A DNA stretch of 64,000 nt, taken from IMG/VR virus record IMGVR_UViG_2833005253_000001, positions 1-64,000 of that record. The stretch is one strand, 5' to 3'. The DNA is from a virus (Duplodnaviria; Caudoviricetes). The notes beneath the pieces were generated by a model, which was not told where the DNA came from, ran no database searches, and worked only from the letters and a program-made list of their open reading frames with translations. Below are positions 51,108 to 61,074 of the stretch, piece by piece. The translations under genes were made by a program, and so were the position numbers. Position 1 is the first letter of the stretch. Every line of letters starts with the position of its first letter.

Positions 51108-52150
51108 TCGGGACTTGCCTCCTCATCTGTACGTTCGCAACAACGGCTACTACTGCTTACTGCTACCGAGACCCAAGGACGGGGAAAGAATATGGATTAG
51201 GAAAGGAAAAGCGAATGGCCATCAATGAAGCCATTTCCGCCAATCGGCAGATTTTTGACGCCCCTGTGAGCCTGAACGACAGAATCAACGAAGTGAAGAC
51301 GCTCTCAATGACAGAATGGATGGAACAATTTACAAAAAAATGACAGCAACGCGGGCTTCGTCCCAACACACTGAGAGATTACCGTTTAAGATTAAAAGCC
51401 ATCAACAATACTTTTGGTGACAAAGAGATTAAAAAAGTCACCACGAAAGAGATGGCAGAATTTTTGAACAGTTACCCTGAGCAGGGAAAAACCGCCACGG
51501 CAAAATTAATACGGGGAATATTGATTGACCTTTTCAATGAAGCAATCGCAGAAGGACATTTAGACAATAATCCGGCAGTGCCGACAAAGAATCCTCGCGT
51601 ACAGATAAAAAGAGCCCGTTTATCTTTAGAGGAATTTTTGTTGATAAGGCAGTGCAGCCATCCCCGCTCAACTTGTATCAAATTAGGCATGACTTTAGCG
51701 TTACTGACAGGACAAAGACTCGGAGATATCCAACAAATGCAGTGGCAAGACATTCATGATGGGAAGTGGTGGCTGAAACAAGAAAAAACGGGCATGAAAT
51801 TAGCGATACCATTAACGTTAAGTTTGGGAGCGATTCAAGAGACGTTTGAAGGCATTCTCAACGAATGTCGAAAAAAGATAGGAGGAGAAAAATATGTTTT
51901 AATTAAAGAGGGGAAAAATAACCCTGAATATGCTCGCTTATCGGTCGGATTTAAAGAATTAAGAAAAAAATCAGATTTAAAATGGGAAGGAAAAACACCG
52001 CCTTCATTTCATGAAATCAGAAGCTTATCGGCCAGGTTGCACAGTGATGAAAAAGATAAAGAGTTTGCTCAGAAATTATTGGGCCACAAATCGGCGAATA
52101 TGACAGACCAATATCGAAACAGCAGAGGCAGTGAATGGGAGACGATTTGA
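51082..52150 (+). pseudogene. int: Lambda-type integrase with frameshift and nonsense codon
   Basis: RDLPPHLYVRNNGYY/CYRDPRTGKEYGLG matches the lambda Int arm-binding domain; TGQRLGD, FHEIRSLSAR, LLGHKS, QYRNSRG; TACTGCT duplicated; TGA at 51341-51343. Confidence 0.92.
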
Positions 52151-52500
52151 ATTTCTTTTTTAATTTTTGGGGATTCAATTGAGTCTCTAAAAAAGAGAGA
52201 GATGAATAAAACCATTATGAGTGAATTGTGATTTATTGTGACTTTTCTATTTTAATGTGTTGATATTTATAGCAAATAAAATATATCACATTCGATCCTG
52301 AAATACAAACTTATTAAAAATAATTCATTTAAAATCAATTATATAACTTATTTTTTGATTAAAAAACAGGCAGTAAAAGACCATAAAATGGGATAAAAGC
52401 CGATATTTAAAGTGTGATTTAACAATGAGTTAAATTTTATTATGACCTGTGATTTTGCTCAAAATCAGGACATTCAGAGTCTTTTTTAATTTCAATCTTT
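52150..52500. other. Putative att region of the lambda-type integrase
   Basis: AT-rich; TGTGA(T/C)TT repeats similar to the reverse complement of the lambda arm consensus; IHF consensus on the minus strand at 52253-52265. Confidence 0.4.
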
Positions 52501-52826
52501 GATTTTCTCCCTCATCCCCCTTTTTCACACTCTCTTTCAAGCTGACAATAAATCCATCATTTCTGTTTTGATGAGAAACTAGAGAAAACTTGCCATCGGT
52601 CTATCTGGTTTTGCAATGAGAAGTTGCCCCAATTTATATTTGAGAGCTTATGCTATAATGGCCTATGAATGCATAGTTTACACTGAAGCAGTGTATCTCA
52701 CCTCTTCAAAAAAGAGCCGTACTTTTTTCCGAGATGTCAAAACTAAGTATGTTTGAAGATGTTGTTTTTTGATTATCAATACAAACTAGAGTGCTTTTTT
52801 CAGTAATTTAGATTTTTAATGTAATT

Positions 52827-54536
52827 CTAATGTAATAACTTGGCTTCACTGACCCCCTGAACTTGTAACCCATCATCCGGTACTTCTAAATAAGCTGAAA
52901 ATTGCATATTACATCCAATTTTAGAAGGATCACGAGCTATATTTAAAAATAGGTTATTACAAATAGGGATCGGTTTTTCTAACTCTATTTCATAAAATGA
53001 GACCTCTTCCTCTGAAAATGCCCCATTTTTATGGCTCCATAGACCAGTTGGCTCATCTCTGCGCATAAAATGATAACCAAAATCATTTGCAAATAAGGCA
53101 ACTAAATATGTTCCATCATTTGTCTTTTTTGGCAAATCATTTATATTCTTACTTATTAGATGCACATCTTTCCTCTGCTTTTTCCCATCTTCAATTACAG
53201 CCTCAGCAAATCCCATTTTTTTGCTTGTTCCAGAAAATAAGCCAGGGGTTGAATTAAGCCCTAATCCTTCTGGTTTGAGGCATTTCATAGCATATGCATA
53301 ACAATTGTGATTTTCACCATATCCCTTATTTTTTTTAGGGTATACGCCTAGTTGACAACCTTCGTCTATTATCCAATTATCGAGTTTAGATATATAATTA
53401 TATCTGGTGGTGCAGGCCCAATTTTTATTGCTTAGATTATCTCGCTTTGATAATTTCCATTCACTTATTCTATTTAGCATTTTTTTATAATTGTCAGTGC
53501 TTTTTTCATTACAAAAGGTACGAATACTTTTTTGCATTTTTATAAATGATCGTGTTTTGATAAAGTTGGATATTAGTGATTGAGATGTTGAATCTGAAAG
53601 TAACTTGCTATCGTTTAATAATCGATTAGATGACCCACTCTCTGTTTCGTTTATTAAAGAATCAGCTGGTATGCTCCCGTTTCCAGGTTCTTGAGTACTT
53701 CTTACTTCTATAGCATTCTCTAATTCTATCTGTTTTCTTTCGTTTGTTTTATATTGATATCTCTGTGCAGAAGACGCCGAAAAGCTTGCAATTTGCTCAG
53801 TTCTCTCCTCTCTTAAATAAGCTCTATGTTTGTATTTTTGGGCCAGCTCATTTTGCTTCTGCAACTCAGTTTGTTTATCTCGACGCAGATTTTCTTTAAC
53901 ACGGGCGTGATGCTCTTCAAGCCCATTAAAAGCCATAATAGTTGCGGTCCCTAAAAATCCTTCTAATGCACTCCCTTGAGTTGATGAGGTTGTCATACCT
54001 GACGTTTTACCAGCTCCTCCGTTCACAATCGTTAAAATTTGTCCCACAATTTTCCAAAATTTAGAATCCTTTGTAGGCGTTGCTAATGTTTTTAAATTGT
54101 TTAAAGCATGCATGAGCGGTTTTATTTTTTGCTTCGAGTACACCGGAAAATATGAGCGTAAGATTGAATCTTCTTTGAACATTTTATTCGTTCTTTTGTA
54201 TAAATCCTGGATTGTCTTGTCGTCAAATTGTTCTGTCTTTATTGCGTTTTGAAATTCATTTTGAATATTTTCCATTTGTTCTTTACTGAGCGAAGACCCA
54301 ATTCGCTTTATTTCTTCCCAAAATTTTGGAGCGTCTACTAGTCTGTTAAGCTCTTGAGAAATGAATTTCATTTGTTCCTTTTTTTGAGAGGGAATTTCAG
54401 ACGAAAAAAAATCATTTCTATTCTTGATTGAAACTAATTGATTCGACATTTGTCCGGATTTTAACGAGGACAAGGTGTTATTTGGTTTGTGAATATTTAT
54501 GTTTGGATTAGATGGCGTAAGATTATTAGCAAACAT
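52827..54536 (-). CDS. AT-rich putative secreted effector with papain/NlpC-like C-terminal domain
   Basis: 569 aa; N/S/P-rich N-terminus; C-terminal NCYAYA ... YHFMRRD ... WSHKNG Cys/His motif set. Confidence 0.7.
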   Translation of the reverse strand: MFANNLTPSNPNINIHKPNNTLSSLKSGQMSNQLVSIKNRNDFFSSEIPSQKKEQMKFISQELNRLVDAPKFWEEIKRIGSSLSKEQMENIQNEFQNAIKTEQFDDKTIQDLYKRTNKMFKEDSILRSYFPVYSKQKIKPLMHALNNLKTLATPTKDSKFWKIVGQILTIVNGGAGKTSGMTTSSTQGSALEGFLGTATIMAFNGLEEHHARVKENLRRDKQTELQKQNELAQKYKHRAYLREERTEQIASFSASSAQRYQYKTNERKQIELENAIEVRSTQEPGNGSIPADSLINETESGSSNRLLNDSKLLSDSTSQSLISNFIKTRSFIKMQKSIRTFCNEKSTDNYKKMLNRISEWKLSKRDNLSNKNWACTTRYNYISKLDNWIIDEGCQLGVYPKKNKGYGENHNCYAYAMKCLKPEGLGLNSTPGLFSGTSKKMGFAEAVIEDGKKQRKDVHLISKNINDLPKKTNDGTYLVALFANDFGYHFMRRDEPTGLWSHKNGAFSEEEVSFYEIELEKPIPICNNLFLNIARDPSKIGCNMQFSAYLEVPDDGLQVQGVSEAKLLH

Positions 54537-54782
54537 TTTTTTCCCTAATATTATTTTAAAAGTAAATATTTTTTTATATTCAGTTTTTAGAGGCGTTATT
54601 CGTGTATTTTTTATTTAATTGTGGTTTATTTTTATTCGATTTTATCTTCCTTTAATACAAATAAATATCAAAAATCGCTCATGTTTTATTTAAAAAAATA
54701 AAGGCTATAAAATCATCAACACTGCCCCCACAACCCGCTTCCAGCCGGACGCCCTTATCATCTAAGCAGTTCGGCCCGGTGG

Positions 54783-54890
54783 TCATTAAAAATGATATTG
54801 ACCCCGATGGTACCTCGGGTGTCTTGCGTACTTTTCCCCCCAGTTTGTTGAGCCAAATCTCCCCATACATCTAAACGCGCACGGATTAAT
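54783..54890 (-). pseudogene. 3' remnant of a paralogous autotransporter gene
   Basis: IRARLDVWGDLAQQTGGKSTQDTRGTIGV, then (shifted) YHF*; matches the end of 56245-59334 (ISARLHLWGHVAQQIGTKEYTDTRGTIGIKYHFQ). Confidence 0.85.
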
Positions 54891-54918
54891 GTCCGCAAAA
54901 ATTCCCAGAGAGCAAGAT

Positions 54919-56184
54919 ATGACACATGCCCAGCCACCAGAACTCCTGAAACAGGCTCGCAGCAGGTTCACGCAACGCGAAATAGCCGAACATGCAGGCA
55001 AGGACACCAGGACCGTAAGGCGATGGGAAAAAGGCGAAACGCCCTGTCCGTCAATGCTCGAACCCGTGTTGCGCGACCTGCTGCAACAACCCTCAGCCAG
55101 CACAAAAAAAGTGAGCCCCCGCTTCCGCTTCATTGACCTGTTCGCCGGCATTGGCGGCATCCGTATGGGCTTCGATGCTCAGGGCGGTGAATGCGTTTTT
55201 ACCAGCGAATGGAACAGGTTCTCGAAAAAGACCTACATTGAGAACTACGGCGCCCCTCATCCGTTTGTGGGTGACATCGTTCCATATCCGGCAGAGGACG
55301 TGCCGGACCATGATGTACTGCTCGGCGGGTTCCCCTGCCAGCCGTTCAGTATTGCGGGCGTCAGCAAAAAGAATTCGCTGGGCCGCCCACATGGTTTCGA
55401 ATGCACCACGCAGGGAACCCTGTTCTTTGACGTGGCCCGTATCATCGCCACCAGGCGCCCCAGGGCGTTCCTGCTGGAAAACGTCAAGAACCTGCTTTCA
55501 CACAACAAGGGCCACACCTTCAACGTCATCCTGCAAACGCTCAGGGACGAGCTGGGCTATGACGTGCATTACAGGGTAATCGACGGGCAGCACTTCACAC
55601 CGCAGCATCGCGAACGAATCATCATCGTCGGTTTCCACGAAAAAACGGGCTTCTCATGGGATGACCTGAAACTACCGGAAGAAGGTCCGCGCCTGGCGTC
55701 AATTCTGCACAGGACGGATGGCACAGAGCCGGTGCTCCCCTGGGATGGAGAGCGCTTTTTCGATCACGACAGGCGGGCCGTGCCGCCTCGATACACGTTG
55801 ACGCCCAACCTGTGGGCCTACCTTCAGGCCTATGCAGACAAGCACCGCGCCGCCGGCAATGGGTTCGGCTTTGGTATGGCCTATCCCGACAGTGTGACAC
55901 GCACACTGTCAGCCCGGTATCACAAGGACGGGTCAGAAATCCTGGTATGGCAGGGCAGGAACAAACGGCCGAGACGCCTGACGCCACGCGAATGCGCCCG
56001 CCTGATGGGCTTCCCTGACGCTTTCCAGATACCTGTCAGTGATACACAGGCTTACCGTCAGTTCGGCAATAGCGTCGTCATGCCGGTCATGCAGGAAGTC
56101 GCCCGCATCATGACGCCCCACGTGCTGGCCCAGATCGCGCATGAACGAGACGGCACCTCACTTGCATTGCCCCTGTTTTCCTGA
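54919..56184 (+). CDS. dcm: DNA cytosine-5 methyltransferase, Dcm/EcoRII type, with N-terminal XRE HTH
   Basis: FIDLFAGIGG, GFPCQPFS, ENVKNL, QHRERI, TLSARYHKDGSEIL, RRLTPRECARLMGFP, QFGNSV. Confidence 0.93.
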   Translation: MTHAQPPELLKQARSRFTQREIAEHAGKDTRTVRRWEKGETPCPSMLEPVLRDLLQQPSASTKKVSPRFRFIDLFAGIGGIRMGFDAQGGECVFTSEWNRFSKKTYIENYGAPHPFVGDIVPYPAEDVPDHDVLLGGFPCQPFSIAGVSKKNSLGRPHGFECTTQGTLFFDVARIIATRRPRAFLLENVKNLLSHNKGHTFNVILQTLRDELGYDVHYRVIDGQHFTPQHRERIIIVGFHEKTGFSWDDLKLPEEGPRLASILHRTDGTEPVLPWDGERFFDHDRRAVPPRYTLTPNLWAYLQAYADKHRAAGNGFGFGMAYPDSVTRTLSARYHKDGSEILVWQGRNKRPRRLTPRECARLMGFPDAFQIPVSDTQAYRQFGNSVVMPVMQEVARIMTPHVLAQIAHERDGTSLALPLFS

Positions 56185-56235
56185 TGGTTGACGTAGTAGA
56201 CCGCGCGACACGTAGCCGGATGATGTCAGGCATGG
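56184..56235 (+). pseudogene. vsr: 5' fragment of Vsr very-short-patch repair endonuclease
   Basis: MVDVVDRATRSRMMSG starts in a TGATG overlap with dcm and is cut off at the autotransporter 3' end. Confidence 0.8.
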
Positions 56236-56244
56236 GCATGGCGG

Positions 56245-59200
56245 TCATTGAAAATGATATTTGATCCCGATTGTACCTCGGGTGTCCGTGTACTCTTTTG
56301 TCCCGATTTGTTGAGCCACATGGCCCCATAGATGTAAACGCGCACTGATTTTTGCGTCCACGCCCATTTTGAATTCACCGAGGTGACGCGCCCCTTGAAT
56401 CTCATACTTTCTGTCGTCCATCCTGATGGCCGTCGGCTTGGGTTGATAAATCCAGTTAGCTTCAATAAAAGGTTCAAACTCCCGTTGTTTTCCTTCATCC
56501 TGCGGACTGTGCCCCAGCAGATGCGCCCGTAAACCCAGCCGGCCCTGCAGGTAATCCCCTCGGCCCGTCACACGGGTGCCGTTCATGTCAGTGTGGTCTT
56601 CGGGTTTGACGTTCATCCAGGTGAGCTGCGCTTTGGGCTGAACCCAAAAACTATGCAGTATTTGAGACCGGGAAACATATTCCCCTACCTTCAACAGATA
56701 TCCACTCTCCACAGACGCGGTCACCCCCCGGCTTTTGTAAGACTCCGTACGCCGCTCTTCAGGCGTCACGTCATTCTTGAACCAGTGATACAGCGCCCAG
56801 GTATCGACGTAAAAACTCAAAGGCGCTTTGGGATTCTGATACCAGGTGGCATACCCCCCTGCGCTGTAGCCGCGCACCTTCCCTTGCGACGACATCTCAT
56901 GATGACGATGATGCGCTTTGCTGTACTCATGGCCATATCCGCCCATCACGCCCAAATGATAACGGTTGAGGCCATCAGAAGACCACTGGGCGATGTCTCC
57001 GCCGAGCATCATCACATAACGGTGAGATTGCCCGTCGTTGTCAGACAGGGAAGAGGTATGATGACCTCCTGACGCCCTTATCCACATCCCAGGGACAGGG
57101 CTGTCCTCTGACAGAGCCTCGGTATACTGGGGTTCCCCCAGGCGTTCATGTAACGTCATGTGAAACATCGTATTGGCCGCGTGAAGATTCTGGGCATAGC
57201 TGAGGCTCTCAGGCCGGGCAAACCATGAGGACACCAGATACCAGTGGTTTTTGCTGCCTTCTGTCGTTCCTTTCCGTAGAGAGTACTGATAAGAGCCTGC
57301 CACGATGGGGCCGTCCTGAACAAAAGTGCCGTCAGTGCCCTCTTTGGCTTCAATCAGTCGAATGCCGCCTTTGGTGGCGCCCCCTTTTCCACCCACATTA
57401 CGCACTGTCACACGGGTGGTGCCTTTGGAGGAGTCATTGATAATCAATTTATTCGCCGGTGAATCGTCGCCTTCCAGGCGGGCGTGAAACAGGATTTTCC
57501 CGGAATCGCCCTCGTAATGGTCTGTCGTGAGGGTAGAAAACGAAGCGGTGTCATGAGGGGGTTCAAAGACAATCTTTCCTGCATTATTCAGCTCTGTCAC
57601 CGTGGCATTCTCCTTAAACGACCAGGTACTGCCAGAGTCCAGGGTCACTTTGGCTTTATTCCCACCCTCCGCCACAATGTTCCCGGAGAGGGCTGTCTGG
57701 TTCAGCGTTAAATCGACTTCTCCTCCTGTCCCGGTAAAATGAATGGCATGACCACTGCCCGGCGGCGAGATAACGACCTTGCTGAAAACCAGGTTCGTTT
57801 TTCCGCCTTTAGACACAATCAGGTCACCTGCGGCATGGAGAGACCCGCCCGTGATGGTCACTGTCGTGTCTGTGGCGCCTGTTTCCGAATACAGCACCGC
57901 GGAGGGTGTGGCCAGGGTTTGAATATGGCTGTCATGAAGATGAATCGTTGCATTTCCGTTAGTTGCTACAGCATTGGCACCTTGACCCTCTACCTTGATG
58001 TCCAAATCATTGCCTGTCACCCTGGCAGTCGCGACAATACCCCAAGCGTTGTCCCCGATACTGCTCAGGGTGCTGTTTTGGATATCCACTGTGGAATCGT
58101 CGTTAGCGTATATAGCGGTGACATTTTGCCCCTCTGCCTTGATGTCCAGATGATGGCCTGTCACCCTGGCAGTCCCCCCTGAGGAAATACCAGAAGAATT
58201 GTCCCCGTTAATGCTCAGACTACTGTCTTTGAAAGTGATCTTGGCACTGTCGAGTGCAATAATACCAGAAGAATTGTCCCCGTTAATGCTCAGGGTACTG
58301 TCCTGGATATCCACTGTGGAATTTTGGTTAGCGTTTATAGTGCTGGCATTTTGCCCCTCTAAATTGATGTCCAGATGATGGCCTGTCACCCTGGCAGTCC
58401 CCCCTGAGGAAATACCAGAAGAATTGTCCCCGTTAATGCTCAGACTACTGTCTTTGAAAGTGATCTTGGCACTGTCGAGTGCAATAATACCAGAAGAATT
58501 GTCCCCGTTAATGCTCAGGGTACTGTCCTGGATATCCACTGTGGAATTTTGGTTAGCGTTTATAGTGCTGGCATTTTGCCCCTCTAAATTGATGTCCAGA
58601 TGATGGCCTGTCACCCTGGTAGTCCCCCCTGAGGCAATACCAGAAGTGTTTTCCCCGATACTGCTCAGGGTGCTGTCTTGGATATCCACTGTGGAATTAT
58701 GGTTAGCGTATATAGCGGTGACATTTTGCCCTTCTGCCTTGATGTCCAGATGATGGCCTGTCACCCTGGCAGTCCCCCCTGAGGCAATACCAGAAGAATT
58801 GCCCCCGTTAATGCTCAGGCTACTGTCTTTGAGAGTGATCTCAGCACTGTGTGCAATAGTACCAGAAGAATTGTCCCCGTTAATGCTCAGGGTACTTTTC
58901 CTAATATCCACTTTTGCCCCTGTCTCAACAGAGACCGCAATGTCGTTGGTCCCCTTCAACGTTATGTCCATATGTTTGAGTGTCAGGGTGGACTTGTCTA
59001 TCGCCCAAAGACCGTAAGCGCCGCCGTCTGCTTCGGTGTCCACTGTAATTTTTTGCTTTTCAGTGCCTTCCAGCATCACAGAGGTGCCCTCTCCGCTGGC
59101 TTTGACGGCGGTTTTTTCATTTCCACCGCTGGATAGGGACAGCGCCTGGCCGGGTTTATTATTCACCTGAGCTTTATTCCTTGCCTCTATCCCCTCAAGG

Positions 59201-59334
59201 TAAGCCTGTTCAGTCAACTCATGGGTGCCTACTCCATCAAACACCGTTGTTTCTGAAACACTGCCCCCACTGTGTATCAACATCGTCAGCACAGACAGCC
59301 TGAGGGTGTGCAGTGTGATTTTTTTGTATCGCAT
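56245..59334 (-). CDS. AIDA-I/pertactin-like autotransporter, 1029 aa
   Basis: Signal peptide, beta-helical repeats, autochaperone (LEGDDSPANKL, GSYQYSL), TLHERLGE linker and C-terminal beta-barrel. Confidence 0.93.
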   Translation of the reverse strand: MRYKKITLHTLRLSVLTMLIHSGGSVSETTVFDGVGTHELTEQAYLEGIEARNKAQVNNKPGQALSLSSGGNEKTAVKASGEGTSVMLEGTEKQKITVDTEADGGAYGLWAIDKSTLTLKHMDITLKGTNDIAVSVETGAKVDIRKSTLSINGDNSSGTIAHSAEITLKDSSLSINGGNSSGIASGGTARVTGHHLDIKAEGQNVTAIYANHNSTVDIQDSTLSSIGENTSGIASGGTTRVTGHHLDINLEGQNASTINANQNSTVDIQDSTLSINGDNSSGIIALDSAKITFKDSSLSINGDNSSGISSGGTARVTGHHLDINLEGQNASTINANQNSTVDIQDSTLSINGDNSSGIIALDSAKITFKDSSLSINGDNSSGISSGGTARVTGHHLDIKAEGQNVTAIYANDDSTVDIQNSTLSSIGDNAWGIVATARVTGNDLDIKVEGQGANAVATNGNATIHLHDSHIQTLATPSAVLYSETGATDTTVTITGGSLHAAGDLIVSKGGKTNLVFSKVVISPPGSGHAIHFTGTGGEVDLTLNQTALSGNIVAEGGNKAKVTLDSGSTWSFKENATVTELNNAGKIVFEPPHDTASFSTLTTDHYEGDSGKILFHARLEGDDSPANKLIINDSSKGTTRVTVRNVGGKGGATKGGIRLIEAKEGTDGTFVQDGPIVAGSYQYSLRKGTTEGSKNHWYLVSSWFARPESLSYAQNLHAANTMFHMTLHERLGEPQYTEALSEDSPVPGMWIRASGGHHTSSLSDNDGQSHRYVMMLGGDIAQWSSDGLNRYHLGVMGGYGHEYSKAHHRHHEMSSQGKVRGYSAGGYATWYQNPKAPLSFYVDTWALYHWFKNDVTPEERRTESYKSRGVTASVESGYLLKVGEYVSRSQILHSFWVQPKAQLTWMNVKPEDHTDMNGTRVTGRGDYLQGRLGLRAHLLGHSPQDEGKQREFEPFIEANWIYQPKPTAIRMDDRKYEIQGARHLGEFKMGVDAKISARLHLWGHVAQQIGTKEYTDTRGTIGIKYHFQ
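57990..58920 (-). repeat. Tandem 75-bp rung / 225-bp block repeats in the autotransporter passenger
   Basis: Near-identical blocks offset by 225 bp (for example 58216 and 58441; 58276 and 58501), built from three 25-aa rungs. Confidence 0.9.
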
Positions 59335-59503
59335 TGTTTTTCACTCTGGTTGGAAGGGATGGGCTCGTGATGGATGTCGCGTCATACAGACTGATTAATA
59401 TATTGACCAATTCAATAATTAAATAAGCTTTTACAAAAAAGTCAAATTTCTAATGAGCAAAAGGAGGGAACAGATGAGGGGTTTTTTTGAGGCGATTTTC
59501 ATC

Positions 59504-59590
59504 CTACCCCTTCGGCACTTCCGGCCAGGCTATTTCCCCCGCCTTGGGGGCAAGGGGCTTTCCAGGCGAAGCGGGGTATTCTACAGAGGC
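59504..59590 (-). pseudogene. C-terminal remnant of tail fibre assembly gene
   Basis: APKAGEIAWPEVPKG* resembles Tfa C-termini; the rest of the gene is absent. Confidence 0.5.
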
Positions 59591-59597
59591 ATCAAGC

Positions 59598-60488
59598 TCA
59601 GGCGCCTCGAACAATGTAGTTGAACGCCACATTACGGGGCCGGTTTTCGTGGGCGGTGGTGACGACCCGGGAGGCATCAAACGCAGAGACGGAGCCCAAG
59701 TTATCGGGGTCGCCTCTTTTGATGGCCGCACTGAATGTCGAGGTCTGATAAAAAGCCCCGGTGGCGGTCACCCAGGGTCCCCATTGCCCTTGCCTCACAT
59801 ACCCGAACTGGCCCGTGATGTTTCTGATGGCATCCCCCTGTGTGCTCAATACCGTTCTGCCCGTATCGACCTGTCTTCCTGCATCTGCACCCCGAATAAA
59901 TTATCCCCTTAAGTTCGGCAATTGTCCTGAAGGATAGGCTGAGGCCAGAAGGGGATAACGTGTTTTGTCAAATCCGGCGCCATTGCACAGAAGCCACCCT
60001 GTCGGGGGCCTGTCCGTTGGCCAGGGCAGAGGCACCCCAACCGGGACTTCCAGACGTAATCTTTGTGGCGTCACCGCATTCACATCGGTGGCGGTGAGCT
60101 GCACATCCTGAGTGAGGGATTTGCCATTAATTTTACGATGATACGGGATGGCCTCTTTGGCGAGCTCGACCGTTTCTGTCAATCCGAGGTTTTCTATAAA
60201 TTGCGCTTTGTCCAGGATGTCCTTGCCGTTTTTCTTTTTAGACAGCTTTCGATTGGCCGCGTTTTCGGCACAGGTCTGGATGGCCTGATACAGTTGCGTA
60301 TGTTCGTGTTTGTTTAATCTTGTCCCTGTTTTTTCAATGACGGTGCAGAGTTCTTCCTGGAGGGCATCAAAGAAGTCGCTGTTCAAATCCGTGGCACGGG
60401 TTCCGGTGGCGGGGTCTCCGTTCGTAAACCCCGGTTTGCCTTGCCCAAATTTGTCTGGTTGGGCCGTAGGGGTGTCAATGCGATGCAT
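59598..60488 (-). pseudogene. Tail fibre with collar domain, nonsense codon at 59901-59903
   Basis: MHRIDTPTAQPDKFGQGKPGFTNGDP start; PVGVPLPWP..LPNLRG*FIRG..RPRNVAFNYIVR in the same frame. Confidence 0.88.
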
Positions 60489-61074
60489 GGGGGGTTCCTT
60501 TGGGGTAAGCAAAAAGGACTTTTGTATGGGACGGACACAGGCGCTCTATCACACATTCGACCGCTCGCTCCCCCCAATGACGCAGGGGGGCATCACAGGC
60601 ACTGAGAGCGGTCATGGGGCGTATCCTGGCCTCGGCCGGAATATGGACTCGCCAGTAATAGCGCCATCGGTCGCCCCAAGCGGGGTCCGGGGAGCGGTCA
60701 AGATGTTGACACTGTTCCAGGGTGGCCGTGGGATAGCCCAACAGGCGGAGCTGTTCGAGGAAAAAGCCCTCATGTATCCCACCGACGGTGTTGACCTTGG
60801 CATCGAGAATCTGTTGGCGCTCTTCCCGGGTTTGGGGTCAGGGGTCGAGACACGGGTCCGGCAAACCACAGAGGGTGTCGTAACGGTCTGTCAGTTCCAT
60901 CGATTGGGCCGGGTTGATTTCCTTCATCAGGTCGTCGGCCCGCTGATGCACTCTCGCCAGAGACGGGGCCAGGCCGTCGAGCAGTGGGTTGTCCCCGGCC
61001 CAGGCAGGGCCGGGCGGTAACAGCGATTGTAACAGTCGCGTATAATCTTCATCTAAATTCGGTTTATGGGGCAT
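60475..61074 (-). pseudogene. Mu gp48 / YmfQ (DUF2313) baseplate protein, frameshifted
   Basis: LLQSLLPPGPAW..CGLPDPC in one frame and WRYYWRV..VECVIERLCPSHT in another. Confidence 0.85.

Noticed and set aside
54889-56240. Complete type II restriction-modification system
   Set aside because: No restriction endonuclease gene is adjacent; only dcm and a vsr stub.
54783-56355. Diversity-generating retroelement TR/VR pair at the autotransporter 3' end
   Set aside because: Mismatches are not adenine-specific, the copy has an indel, and no reverse transcriptase is present in the window.
59504-60488. Invertible tail-fibre (Gin/Cin-type) system
   Set aside because: No invertase, no inverted crossover sites and no second fibre tip seen.
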